A stretch of 55,884 bases of DNA from Eubacteriales bacterium (GTDB lineage Bacteria > Bacillota > Clostridia > Oscillospirales > CAG-272): positions 1-55,884 of the forward strand of contig JAZSPS010000011.1 in assembly GCA_045537595.1 (NCBI GenBank), in the 5' to 3' direction. Under the pieces are notes generated by a model. That model was not told the DNA's origin, did no database searches, and was given only the letters and a program-made list of their open reading frames with translations. Positions 1 to 10,300 of the stretch are shown piece after piece. The stretch's first letter is position 1. Each line of letters opens with the position of its first letter. The position numbers and the translations under genes are program-made.

Positions 1-101
1 CCACCAAGATTCTGCCTCGTTCCTCGGCACCTGCCTATGGGCAGGTTCGACTGCGCAAACGATTCACAGGATCGTTTGCTCCGCTCAGAATGACACGGTG
101 G
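1..101. repeat. REP-like multi-hairpin extragenic element (may be truncated by window edge)
   Basis: Stems ACCTGCC/GGCAGGT (29-46) and GCAAACGAT/ATCGTTTGC (55-79); GATTCT...TCGACTGCG...CTCCGCTCAGAATGACA resembles a palindromic repeat family I recall from clostridial genomes; outer CCACC/GGTGG pairing possible. Confidence 0.55.
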
Positions 102-128
102 GGTGAAGTTATCTAAAAAATTAAAAAC

Positions 129-187
129 CGTGTCGATGTACTTTATCGACACGCTCTGGGGTGTCACGCTGATTTGCGTGACACCCC
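129..187. repeat. Two tandem perfect hairpins with TGTC...GACA cores
   Basis: CGTGTCGAT/ATCGACACG (129-153) and GGGGTGTCACGC/GCGTGACACCCC (158-187). Confidence 0.6.
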
Positions 188-189
188 TC

Positions 190-218
190 TTGACTTGCGA
201 AAATGAGTATGCTATAAT
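190..218 (+). promoter_or_regulatory. Sigma-A promoter of the cobalamin uptake unit
   Basis: TTGACT-17 bp-TATAAT with extended TG. Confidence 0.8.
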
Positions 219-227
219 AACAATGCT

Positions 228-448
228 TGGGGTGCTTGTACAAAGCTTAAAAAGGAAACAGGTGGAAATCCTGTACGAGTGCGTCGCCGTAAGCGGTCAC
301 GGTAAACAAGAAAAACGGCATAGCCGCATATACCGAAACCATTGGACTTTTGTCTGAGAAGGGATTTTCTTGTGTCTCCTGAATCGGGTTGAAGCTTAAT
401 GAATTCAACTGAAAAGGGGAACGCCGCAAAGTCGGAAGACTTGCCCTG
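228..448 (+). ncRNA. Cobalamin (B12) riboswitch
   Basis: GGTGC...AAAAGGAAACAGGTGGAAATCCTGTAC...CGCCGTAA, CCATTGG...GAGAAGG, 3' box AGTCGGAAGACTTGCC; upstream of B12-uptake-type genes. Confidence 0.88.
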
Positions 449-541
449 TGTTATTCTGAATGTCGCGCATACCGACCTCGGGAAACCGACAGAATGACGG
501 CAAAATATCAAGATATCAAAACAAAAAGGAGAAAGAAAGGT

Positions 542-1000
542 ATGAAAAAAATAATGGGAAAGCATTCATTTTTGTCACTTCTGTTTCTGATCCTGCTGTC
601 TGCGGCGATAGCATTATCGGTTACAGCTTGTGCAAAGGACGATGGAGGAGATCCTTCCGAAACCGAAGGTATTAAAGAGTCGGGTATGGAAAACGGAAAA
701 GTGTTGGGTACGGGGCAAACACAAATAACCGTGGAGGTATACCATGCTGACGGAACGGTAAAAAGCTTTACGGTGAAAACCGATAAGACCACGGTTGGTG
801 ACGCTCTGACCGAGGTCGGTCTTATTTCGGGTAGCAATGGGCAGTATGGCTTAGAGGTGTTTACGGTAGACGGAAAAAAACATGAATATAGCAATGGCGG
901 AAAGTATTGGGCTTTTTATATCAACGGAGAATACGCGATGAACGGTGTCAGCTCAACAGATGTTGTTGGAGGATCCACCTACGCGTTTAAGGTAGAATGA
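542..1000 (+). CDS. DUF4430 (transcobalamin C-terminal-like) lipoprotein, likely corrinoid binding
   Basis: ATG 542 after GAAAGG; signal peptide with lipobox VTAC; C-terminal YWAFYINGEYAMNGV motif; under B12 riboswitch. Confidence 0.78.
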   Translation: MKKIMGKHSFLSLLFLILLSAAIALSVTACAKDDGGDPSETEGIKESGMENGKVLGTGQTQITVEVYHADGTVKSFTVKTDKTTVGDALTEVGLISGSNGQYGLEVFTVDGKKHEYSNGGKYWAFYINGEYAMNGVSSTDVVGGSTYAFKVE

Positions 1001-1557
1001 GACGAATTCCGATATCAACATACGAACTGTTGCGAAGAGCGATTGTATTTACCATGCTGGGAACCATTATGTATGTCTCGGATGTAATGATGGATTTTTT
1101 GCCGAATGTGCATCTGGTAGGTGCGCTGATCATGGTTTATACAGTGGTTTACCGCGCAAAAGCACTGATCCCCATATATATTTATGTTTTTATCAGCGGA
1201 TTTTACGCGCTTTGCTTTGGAACGGTTCTGTGGTGGCTTCCGTATCTATATGTATGGGCGGTCTTGTGGGCAATCGCCATGCTTCTTCCTCAAAAAATGC
1301 CGCCGAGGGTGGCAGTCCCTGTATATATGATCGTTTGTGCCTTGCACGGATTGGGATTTGGAATCCTGTACGCTCCCTTTCAGGCGCTTGCTTTCGGACT
1401 GTCGGGAAAACAGATACTTGCATGGATCGCTGCCGGCTTTCCCTTTGACGTAATACACGCTGTCGGAAATTTCGCGGCAGGCTCGCTGATCCTTCCTTTG
1501 TCTCAAGCATTGACCAAAATGGAGAAAAAATTCAGGAAAAGTAATTCGCATGGTTAA
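997..1557 (+). CDS. ECF transporter S component, CbrT-like (cobalamin)
   Basis: 186 aa multi-TM protein, FLPNV and GFPFDVIHAVGN motifs, ATGA overlap with upstream gene, B12 riboswitch context. Confidence 0.78.
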   Translation: MRRIPISTYELLRRAIVFTMLGTIMYVSDVMMDFLPNVHLVGALIMVYTVVYRAKALIPIYIYVFISGFYALCFGTVLWWLPYLYVWAVLWAIAMLLPQKMPPRVAVPVYMIVCALHGLGFGILYAPFQALAFGLSGKQILAWIAAGFPFDVIHAVGNFAAGSLILPLSQALTKMEKKFRKSNSHG

Positions 1558-1629
1558 AACATACAAATAAATATTCAGCGGCAGATAAAAAATCTGATAA
1601 AAATTGACGTGAAATCGTACGTTTTTCTG

Positions 1630-1658
1630 TTGACTTTATCGGTCAAATATGATATAAT
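1630..1658 (+). promoter_or_regulatory. Sigma-A promoter of the pur operon
   Basis: TTGACT-17 bp-TATAAT with extended TG. Confidence 0.8.
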
Positions 1659-1688
1659 CATATTTGTAGGAAAAAGTATAATTTTAAA

Positions 1689-1763
1689 GCTTTTTGTAAC
1701 CGGCGGAACCTGTGGAAATAACCACAATGGGAGCAAAAAGCAATAGCGCCGACCGCCTGGGCA
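1689..1763 (+). ncRNA. ZMP/ZTP riboswitch (pfl motif)
   Basis: P1 GCTTTTTG/CAAAAAGC, GTAACCGGCGGAA, TGTGG/CCACA, GGGAGC and 3' GCCGACCGCCTGGGCA; upstream of purine genes. Confidence 0.9.
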
Positions 1764-1804
1764 AACCTGTTGCGTTAGGATGGGTTTGCCCATATTTTTA
1801 TTTT
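1758..1804 (+). terminator. Riboswitch-controlled intrinsic terminator
   Basis: TGGGCAAACC/GGTTTGCCCA stem plus T-rich tract, overlapping the aptamer 3' hairpin (ON-switch layout). Confidence 0.8.
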
Positions 1805-1826
1805 AACGTATTTAACGGAGGAAAAA

Positions 1827-2321
1827 ATGAAAAAAATCGGTATCGTTATGGGCAGTGACAGTGATCTGCCAATCGTTCAAAAAGCGATTGATATGTTGAA
1901 GGAATTTTCCGTTCCCTTTGAGGTGCACGTATATTCCGCTCACAGAACTCCGGCAGAGGCAAAGGATTTTGCGTCGGGAGCAAGAGAAAATGGCTTTGGA
2001 GCTATTATCGCGGCAGCGGGAATGGCGGCACATCTGGCAGGAGCAATCGCGGCAAATACAACCTTGCCTGTTATCGGAATTCCCGTCAGCACAAAATATT
2101 TTGGCGGAATGGACGCACTGCTTTCAACCGTTCAAATGCCCTCAGGTATGCCGGTGGCAACGGTGGCGGTAGACGGCGCGGCAAATGCTGCCTTGCTTGC
2201 TATTCAAATTTTAGCGGTGAATGATAGCGAGCTTGCGCGAAAGCTTGATGACAAGCGCGGAGCGGGAGCGGAAGCTGTATTGGAAAAAAATAAAAAGATC
2301 GAGCTCCAGTTTAATGCGTAA
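1827..2321 (+). CDS. purE: N5-CAIR mutase / AIR carboxylase
   Basis: MGSDSD, SAHRTP, AGMAAHL, QMPSG motifs. Confidence 0.97.
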   Translation: MKKIGIVMGSDSDLPIVQKAIDMLKEFSVPFEVHVYSAHRTPAEAKDFASGARENGFGAIIAAAGMAAHLAGAIAANTTLPVIGIPVSTKYFGGMDALLSTVQMPSGMPVATVAVDGAANAALLAIQILAVNDSELARKLDDKRGAGAEAVLEKNKKIELQFNA

Positions 2322-2374
2322 ATTGAAATTTTGGATGAATATAAAGAAAATATAAAAGATAAAGGAGACAGAAA

Positions 2375-3412
2375 ATGAAAAGCTACAGCGAAAGTTACAA
2401 GGCAGCAGGCGTGGACATTACCGCAGGCTATAAAGCAGTCGAATTGATGAAAGCACATATCGCGAGAACAATGACAAGCGGAGTGGTGTCCGATATCGGA
2501 GGCTTTGGTGGATTGTTTGAGTTGGATATCGAGAATATCCGAAAACCCGTTTTGGTAAGCGGAACAGATGGCGTAGGAACTAAGCTCAAAATTGCTTTTT
2601 TGATGGACAAGCACGATACGGTCGGTATCGACTGCGTTGCGATGTGTGTCAATGACATTATCTGTTGCGGAGCAAAGCCCTTGTTCTTCTTAGATTATAT
2701 CGCTTGCGGTAAGAACGTTCCCGAGAGAATCGCGGCAATTGTTTCGGGTGTTGCGGAAGGCTGTGTGCAGGCAGGCTGTGCGCTCATCGGCGGAGAAACA
2801 GCGGAAATGCCCGGCTTCTACCCCGTGGATGAATATGATTTGGCAGGATATTCCACAGGCGTGGTAGATAAAGAAAAGATCCTTAATAATAAAACGATCA
2901 AAGAGGGAGATATTATTATCGCGTTGCCCTCCAGCGGCGTTCATTCCAACGGATTTTCCTTGGTAAGAAAGGTGTTTGATGTTGAAAATGCCGATATCAA
3001 GCGTCCTTGCGCTGAGCTTGGCGGTAAGTCAGTAGGCGAAACACTGCTGATACCTACAAGAATCTATGTAAAGCCGATGCTTCGTTTGTTTGATGAGGTA
3101 AAGGTTAAGGCAGTCTCCCATATTACCGGAGGCGGCTTCTATGAGAATATTCCGAGAAGTATTCCCAAGGGATATTCCGCGAAGATCGAAAAGAGCAGCG
3201 TGCGGGTTCTCCCCATTTTTGATCTGATCGAAAAAACAGGTCACGTTGATAACAGAGATATGTTTAACACCTTCAATATGGGTGTGGGTATGAGTGTTGT
3301 GGTTGACCGAGACGATGCGGACAAGGCATTGCAGGTTTTGGCACAAAATGGCGAAAATGCCTATATTATCGGAGAGGTCGTTAAATCCGATGAAGGCGTA
3401 ATTCTTTGCTGA
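2375..3412 (+). CDS. purM: AIR synthase
   Basis: [34 protein letters not shown]. Confidence 0.97.
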   Translation: MKSYSESYKAAGVDITAGYKAVELMKAHIARTMTSGVVSDIGGFGGLFELDIENIRKPVLVSGTDGVGTKLKIAFLMDKHDTVGIDCVAMCVNDIICCGAKPLFFLDYIACGKNVPERIAAIVSGVAEGCVQAGCALIGGETAEMPGFYPVDEYDLAGYSTGVVDKEKILNNKTIKEGDIIIALPSSGVHSNGFSLVRKVFDVENADIKRPCAELGGKSVGETLLIPTRIYVKPMLRLFDEVKVKAVSHITGGGFYENIPRSIPKGYSAKIEKSSVRVLPIFDLIEKTGHVDNRDMFNTFNMGVGMSVVVDRDDADKALQVLAQNGENAYIIGEVVKSDEGVILC

Positions 3413-3442
3413 TTGCGGCAAAGCGCAGAGAAAGGAGAAAAA

Positions 3443-4078
3443 ATGAAAACCGATAGCAAAGTAAAAATAGCGGTTTTTGTTTCCGGCGGCGGTACAAATC
3501 TTCAAGCGCTGATTGATGCGGTTCATTCCGATATCATTCGCCATGGAGAGCTTGCCCTCGTTGTTTCCAATAATCCGGAAGCGTATGCCATTACCCGTGC
3601 GGAAAACGCAAAAATCCCAACGGTAATTGTTTCAAATAAGGAATATCAAACACAGGAAGCCTTTGAAACGAAATTGCTTTCTGTGTTGCAAGAGCAAAAA
3701 ATCGAGTTGATCGTTCTTGCGGGATTTATGAGGATCCTTAGCGCAAATTTCACCTCAAAGTACCCGAAACGAATATTAAATGTTCATCCGTCCTTGATCC
3801 CTTCCTTTTGCGGAAAGGGATTTTACGGACTAAAGGTTCATGAGGCGGCGTTGAATTACGGGGTAAAGGTTACAGGAGCTACCGTGCATTATGTAAATGA
3901 GATCCCCGACGGAGGAGAAATTATTATGCAAAAAAGTATTTGCGTAAAAAAAGGAGAGACCCCGGAAAGTCTTCAGCAGCGGGTTATGAGGCAGGTGGAA
4001 TGGGTGATCCTTCCCAGATCGGTTGAGCTTGTTTCCAAGGAAATTATTATGCAAAAGAAAGGAAAAAATAAAACATGA
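3443..4078 (+). CDS. purN: GAR formyltransferase
   Basis: SGGGTNLQA, LAGFMRIL, NVHPSL; start moved to ATG 3443 after AAAGGAG. Confidence 0.95.
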   Translation: MKTDSKVKIAVFVSGGGTNLQALIDAVHSDIIRHGELALVVSNNPEAYAITRAENAKIPTVIVSNKEYQTQEAFETKLLSVLQEQKIELIVLAGFMRILSANFTSKYPKRILNVHPSLIPSFCGKGFYGLKVHEAALNYGVKVTGATVHYVNEIPDGGEIIMQKSICVKKGETPESLQQRVMRQVEWVILPRSVELVSKEIIMQKKGKNKT

Positions 4079-4794
4079 GTGTATACGGAATCAATTCTAT
4101 TGAGGAGCTTCTTTCCTCTAATACCTATCCCGGCCGCGGAATTATCATCGGCAAAAGCGCCGACGGAAAGCAGGCGATGATCGCGTATTTTATTATGGGC
4201 CGAAGCGCGAATAGCCGCAACCGTGTGTTCGAAAGCTTTGACGGCGGCATGCGTACTAAGGCTTTTGACGAAAGCAAATTGGTGGATCCCAGCCTGATTA
4301 TTTACAATCCCTTTCTCAAGAGAGAAGCAATCGATATTATTACCAACGGAGATCAGACAGATACAATTTACAATGCGTTGGAAGAGGGAAAGAGCTTTGA
4401 GGATGCGCTCATGACACGTGAGTTTGAACCCGATTGCCCCAACTATACACCCAGAATTTCCGGAATCGCTTATTACGGGAATTTAGATTTTACCTATTCG
4501 CTTTCGATTTTGAAAAGCGCTTACGGCAATCCTGAGGCATGCAATCGCTATTTTTACAGATATATACCTCAAAAGGGAATCGGACACTTTATCCATACTT
4601 ACGAAAAGGACGGCGATCCCATTCCTTCCTTCTACGGCGAGCCTGAGACGGTAACTCTGCCCAATACGGCTGAGGAATTGGCGGAAATTGTTTGGAAAAA
4701 TTTGAATGAGGATAATAAGGTCTCCCTTTTTGTACGTACCGTTCCGCTGAATGGCGGAAAGCCCACTGAGATTATCATCAATAAAAATGTATAA
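4075..4794 (+). CDS. Stand-alone IMP cyclohydrolase (PurO-like)
   Basis: YPGRGI, YFIMGRSANSRNR, TNGDQTD, EPDxPNYTPRISG; position in pur operon. Confidence 0.85.
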   Translation: MSVYGINSIEELLSSNTYPGRGIIIGKSADGKQAMIAYFIMGRSANSRNRVFESFDGGMRTKAFDESKLVDPSLIIYNPFLKREAIDIITNGDQTDTIYNALEEGKSFEDALMTREFEPDCPNYTPRISGIAYYGNLDFTYSLSILKSAYGNPEACNRYFYRYIPQKGIGHFIHTYEKDGDPIPSFYGEPETVTLPNTAEELAEIVWKNLNEDNKVSLFVRTVPLNGGKPTEIIINKNV

Positions 4795-4816
4795 AAATGT
4801 TTAAGGAGAGAAAGAA

Positions 4817-6001
4817 ATGAAAGAATTTGAATTGAAATACGGTTGTAACCCCAACCAAAAGCCCGCTAAAATCTTTATGGATAACGGAAAAGAGCTTCCT
4901 ATCGAGATCCTTTGCGGTAAACCGGGATACATCAACTTTTTGGATGCTTTTAACAGCTGGCAATTGGTAAAGGAATTGAAGGAAGCAACCGGGCTGCCTT
5001 GCGCAACCTCCTTTAAGCATGTTAGCCCTACTTCCGCTGCCGTAGGCCTTCCTTTATCCGATGTCCTCAAAAAGGCTTGCTTTGTAGATGATGTGGAGGG
5101 CTTGGATGATTCTCCCCTGGCATGCGCATACGCTCGCGCGCGAGGAACTGACAGAATGTCTTCCTTTGGCGACTGGATCGCGCTCAGCGATGTTTGTGAC
5201 GCAACCACGGCAATGCTGATCAAACGAGAGGTATCCGACGGAATTATCGCTCCCGGATATACAGATGAAGCGTTGGAAATTTTGAAATCAAAGAGAAAAG
5301 GAAATTATAACATCGTAAAGATCGACGAAAATTTTGTTCCCGACGCGATCGAGCGTAAGCAGGTATACGGAATCACATTTGAGCAGGGAAGAAACAATTT
5401 TGAAATCAACCGTGAGCTTCTGTCCAATATTGTAACCGAAAATAAGGATCTGCCCGAAAGTGCGGCTCGTGACCTCATGATCGCTTTGATTACATTGAAA
5501 TATACACAGTCTAACTCGGTTTGCTATGCTTATGACGGACAGGCAATCGGAGTTGGCGCGGGACAGCAGTCCAGAATTCACTGTACACGCCTTGCGGGCA
5601 ATAAGGCGGATATTTGGCATCTGAGACAGCATCCGAAGGTATTGGCTTTGCCTTTCCTTGATACTCTGGGACGTCCTGACCGTGATAATACCATTGATGT
5701 CTACATCTCCGAAGAGTGTGACGATGTGCTTGCTGACGGAAAATGGCAGAATTACTTTACGGAAAAGCCTGAGCCTCTTACCGCAGCGGAAAAGAAGGAA
5801 TATTTGGGGCAGATTACCGGAGTGGCACTTGGAAGCGACGCGTTCTTCCCCTTTGGCGATAACATTGAGCGCGCGAGAAAGAGCGGCGTAAGCTATGTAG
5901 CGGAGCCCGGCGGATCGATTCGTGACGATAATGTTATTCAGGCGTGCAACAGCTACGGAATGGTTATGTGCTTTACCGGTATGAGACTGTTCCACCACTG
6001 A
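4817..6001 (+). CDS. purH: AICAR transformylase (PurH formyltransferase domain only)
   Basis: LKYGCNPNQ, SFKHVSP, KYTQSNSV, GQQSRIHC, SDAFFPF, GMRLFHH; no N-terminal cyclohydrolase domain. Confidence 0.9.
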   Translation: MKEFELKYGCNPNQKPAKIFMDNGKELPIEILCGKPGYINFLDAFNSWQLVKELKEATGLPCATSFKHVSPTSAAVGLPLSDVLKKACFVDDVEGLDDSPLACAYARARGTDRMSSFGDWIALSDVCDATTAMLIKREVSDGIIAPGYTDEALEILKSKRKGNYNIVKIDENFVPDAIERKQVYGITFEQGRNNFEINRELLSNIVTENKDLPESAARDLMIALITLKYTQSNSVCYAYDGQAIGVGAGQQSRIHCTRLAGNKADIWHLRQHPKVLALPFLDTLGRPDRDNTIDVYISEECDDVLADGKWQNYFTEKPEPLTAAEKKEYLGQITGVALGSDAFFPFGDNIERARKSGVSYVAEPGGSIRDDNVIQACNSYGMVMCFTGMRLFHH

Positions 6002-6022
6002 TAACATAGGAGTGGTAAAAGA

Positions 6023-7288
6023 ATGAAAATTATGGTAGTCGGTGGTGGCGGAAGAGAACACGCTATCATCAAAAAAATCAAAAAAAGTCCTCTTGCGGAA
6101 GAGATTTACGTTTTGCCTGGCAATGCCGGAATGAGTGAGGACGCTACCTGTGTCAATATCGGTGCTAAGGATTTGGACGGAATTGTTACCTTCGCAAAAG
6201 AGAATTCCATTGATTATGCCATCGTTGCACCCGATGATCCTCTGGTTTTGGGAGCGGTGGACCGCCTCAACGAGGTGGGAATTCCTTGCTTTGGACCCCT
6301 TGCCAATGCCGCGATTATTGAGGGAAGTAAGATCTTCTCAAAGAACTTGATGAAAAAATACAACATACCTACCGCAAAATATGAGGTGTTTACCGAATTG
6401 AGCGCGGCGTTAAGCTATTTGGACGGAATCGGTTATCCGACGGTTGTAAAGGCGGATGGACTGGCGCTGGGCAAGGGTGTTGTGATCGCCGTGAATAAAG
6501 AAGAAGCGGAGGCTGCGGTTCGTTCCATGATGGAGGACCGTATGTTCGGAGAGAGCGGAAGCCGTGTTGTAATTGAGGAATTTTTAACAGGCCCCGAGGT
6601 ATCGGTGCTTGCGTTTACAGACGGAAAAACCGTGGTTCCCATGATCTCATCCATGGACCATAAGCGCGCTCTTGACGGAGACGAGGGCTTAAATACAGGC
6701 GGCATGGGAACGATCGCTCCCAACCCATATTATACGGCGGATATTGCGGAGCAGTGTATGAAGGAAATTTTCCTTCCCACCATTAACGCGATGAATCAAG
6801 AGGGAAGAACCTTTAAGGGCTGCTTGTATTTTGGATTGATGCTCACCCCCAACGGACCGAAGGTAATTGAATATAATTGTCGCTTCGGTGATCCCGAAAC
6901 ACAGGTGGTATTGCCGTTGTTGGAAAGCGATCTGCTGCAGGTCATGATGGCATGCACAAACGGAACATTGGCGGAAACGGAAGTGAAGTTTTCCGATAAA
7001 TCAGCGTGCTGTGTTATTATGGCATCAGGCGGATATCCCAAAGCATATAAAGGTGGTTACGAAATTTCAGTGGAAAAGGATATGACCGCGGAAATATACT
7101 TTGCGGGAGCAAAGGAAGAGAAGGGACATTTGGTGACAGCAGGCGGAAGAGTTCTGGGGGTCACGGCAGTAGCGGATAGCCTTTCTGAGGCAATTCATGC
7201 GTCTTACGCAAATGTCAAGAAGATCAGCTTTAAGGATGTCCATTATCGAACAGATATTGGACAGAGAGCATTGAAAGCATCTAAATAA
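6023..7288 (+). CDS. purD: Phosphoribosylamine-glycine ligase
   Basis: GGGGREHA, KADGLALGKGV, NTGGMG, EYNCRFGDPE. Confidence 0.97.
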   Translation: MKIMVVGGGGREHAIIKKIKKSPLAEEIYVLPGNAGMSEDATCVNIGAKDLDGIVTFAKENSIDYAIVAPDDPLVLGAVDRLNEVGIPCFGPLANAAIIEGSKIFSKNLMKKYNIPTAKYEVFTELSAALSYLDGIGYPTVVKADGLALGKGVVIAVNKEEAEAAVRSMMEDRMFGESGSRVVIEEFLTGPEVSVLAFTDGKTVVPMISSMDHKRALDGDEGLNTGGMGTIAPNPYYTADIAEQCMKEIFLPTINAMNQEGRTFKGCLYFGLMLTPNGPKVIEYNCRFGDPETQVVLPLLESDLLQVMMACTNGTLAETEVKFSDKSACCVIMASGGYPKAYKGGYEISVEKDMTAEIYFAGAKEEKGHLVTAGGRVLGVTAVADSLSEAIHASYANVKKISFKDVHYRTDIGQRALKASK

Positions 7289-7315
7289 CAGAATAAACAG
7301 ATTCGAGGAGAAACT

Positions 7316-10300
7316 ATGGTTTACAGAGTTTATGTTGAAAAGAAGAAGGAGCTTGCGAATGAGGCACGAAATCTTTTCAATGAAATAAAAAATCTTCTTT
7401 TTATTGAAAATTTGGAAGATTTGCGGTTGTTGAACCGCTATGATGTGGAAAATATCGAAAAGCCGCTCTTTGATTACGCGGTGAATACGGTTTTTTCAGA
7501 GCCGCAGTTGGATCTGGTAACCTATTCTTTGCCTGAGGATGGCGCTACGGTGTTTGCGGTAGAGTATCTGCCCGGTCAGTTTGATCAGCGTGCCGATTCA
7601 GCCGCGCAGTGTATTCAGTTGTTTTCTCAGGGGGAACGCCCCACGGTAAAAACGGCAAGAGTATATTTGCTGTACGGAGCTTTGAGCGAGGAACAGATTG
7701 CTACCATCAAAAAATATGTGATAAACCCCGTAGAAAGTCGGGAAGCATCCTTGGATGCGGTTGAAACATTGAAGGTTACTTATGAAATTCCTACTTCGGT
7801 TAAGACCTTGGATGGCTTTACCGCGTTGGATGACGAGGGGCTTGCTCAATTTATCAAAAATTACGGTCTCGCTATGGATCTGGATGATATTCGTTTTTGT
7901 CGGGATTATTTTTCAAAAGAACAGCGTGATCCTACCATAACCGAAATTCGAATGATCGATACATATTGGTCCGATCACTGTCGGCATACAACCTTCTTAA
8001 CGACGATCGATCATGTAACCTTTGAGGACGAGCGTTTGGAAAAGGCATATGAGGAATATATGGCGGTTCGCCGTGATTTGGGAAGAACTAAGCCCGTCAA
8101 CCTTATGGATATCGCTACTCTGGCAGTCAGATATTTGAAAGCGGAAGGCTTGCTTCCTCATTTGGATGAATCGGAAGAGATCAATGCGTGTACCGTAAAG
8201 ATCAAGGTGGATGTAGAAGGGGAAAAACAGGATTGGCTGTTGCTCTTCAAAAACGAAACGCATAACCATCCTACCGAGATCGAGCCCTTCGGCGGCGCCG
8301 CGACCTGTATCGGCGGAGCAATTCGCGATCCTCTTTCGGGAAGATCCTATGTTTATGCCGCAATGCGTGTAACGGGCGCGTCTGATCCAAGAAAATCGGT
8401 TGCTCAAGCCATGCCCGGTAAGCTTCCTCAGAGAAAGCTGGTTACAACAGCGGCGGCAGGATATTCCTCCTACGGTAACCAGATTGGTTTGGCAACAGGT
8501 CAGGTTGACGAGATCTATCATGACGGATATGTTGCAAAGCATATGGAAATTGGCGCGGTCATTGCCGCGGCACCCGCGAAAAACGTAAGACGTGAGGTTC
8601 CTGAGGACGGCGATATTGTAATTTTGTTGGGAGGAAGAACCGGAAGAGACGGTTGCGGAGGCGCGACAGGCTCATCAAAATCCCATACACTTCAATCCTT
8701 GGAAACCTGTGGCGCAGAGGTTCAAAAGGGAAATGCGCCCGAAGAAAGAAAGCTTCAAAGACTATTCCGTAATCCGGAGGCATCCGCGATGATCAAGCGT
8801 TGTAATGACTTTGGCGCGGGAGGCGTTTCGGTTGCGATCGGAGAGCTGGCGGACGGACTTGAGATCGATCTGAATGCGGTACCTAAAAAGTATGAGGGCC
8901 TGGACGGAACAGAGCTTGCCATCAGTGAGTCGCAGGAAAGAATGGCAGTCGTGGTCGAGAGCAAGGATGCGCAACGCTTTATTGAGCTTGCGGGTAAGGA
9001 AAATCTGGAGGCAACCATTGTTGCCCGTGTTACAAAGCTTCCTCGTCTGGTCATGCATTGGAACGGTAAAACCATTGTGGACCTTTCCAGAGAATTTTTG
9101 AATTCCAACGGAGCGGAAAAGCATATTGATATCGTTGCGGCAAAGCCCACCGAATTCGCTAAAGAAGTGACCGAAAGCTTTACGGAGCAGATGAAGGCGA
9201 TCCCCACAGATATCAATATCTGTTCCAAACGAGGCTTGGTAGAGCGCTTTGACTCAACCATTGGTGCCGGAAGCGTTACCATGCCATTTGGTGGAAAGAA
9301 TCAAAGCACACCTTCTCAGGTTATGGTAAATAAAATTTCTGTTGAGGCGGCAGACACCGATACCTGTTCCTTTATGGCATGGGGATATAACCCCTTTATT
9401 TCCGAGAAGAGCCCCTACCACGGAGCATATCTTGCCGTGGTTGAATCGGTTTCCAAGCTGATTGCGGGAGGCGCGGAATTCAGAGATGTTTACCTGACCT
9501 TCCAAGAGTATTTTGAGAAGCCGCTTAAAGATCCCAAGCGTTGGGGTAAGCCTTTGTCTGCCTTGCTCGGTTCCTTTATGGCACAGAAGGAGCTTGGAAT
9601 CGGAGCAATCGGCGGTAAGGACTCGATGAGCGGAAGCTTTGAAAACATTGATGTTCCTCCCACACTGGTTTCTTTTGCTGTTACAACAGGAAAGACCAAT
9701 CATGTCGTTACACAGGAATTTAAGGTGGCAGGTCATTCTGTATACTTGCTAAAGCCTGACTATACAGCAGACGGATTGCCAAAGGCAGAATCTCTTAAAA
9801 AGCTGTACCGTACAATTCATACTCTTGTTCAAAGTAAGAAGATCCTTGCGGCATATACTCCGACTTACGGCGGTGTTGCCGAGGCGATCATGAAAATGGG
9901 CTTTGGAAACGAGATCGGCTTTGCGTATGATGATTCCGTTTCATTGAAGGACATTTTCGGCTATCATTACGGATCCTTTGTTATTGAGGTGGCAGAAGGA
10001 TGCTCGGTTGACGGTATCCTGTTAGGTAAAACCACCGATGAATACGCTATCGTGTATAAAAACGAAAAGCTTCTCCTGACAGAGTTGTATGCTGACTATG
10101 AGAATACATTGGAAGGTGTATACCCTGTCAACGCGGCTGAATCCAAGAAAGCAATTCCCGCGTTTAGCTATGAAGGAAAATCTGTCGCGAAGCCGGCTTT
10201 GCTCTGCAAAAAGCCGAAAGTCCTTATCCCTGTATTCCCCGGAACAAACTGTGAATACGATACACAAAAGGCATTCCTTAAGGCCGGAGCGGATGCGGAG

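Noticed and set aside
40-57. GGTTCGACT resembling a tRNA T-loop
   Set aside because: No matching T-stem, acceptor stem or anticodon arm; part of the hairpin repeat
103-565. Short ORFs 103-357, 212-565 and 247-429
   Set aside because: They overlap the promoter and cobalamin riboswitch, with no RBS or recognisable motifs
4781-4800. Exact 10-nt tandem duplication ATAAAAATGT across a stop codon (similar short duplications near 17551 and 28192)
   Set aside because: Two copies only, consistent with replication slippage; not an array
5288-6061. 257-aa antisense ORF, and other long antisense ORFs in purL, pgm and htrA
   Set aside because: Shadows of codon bias in conserved sense genes
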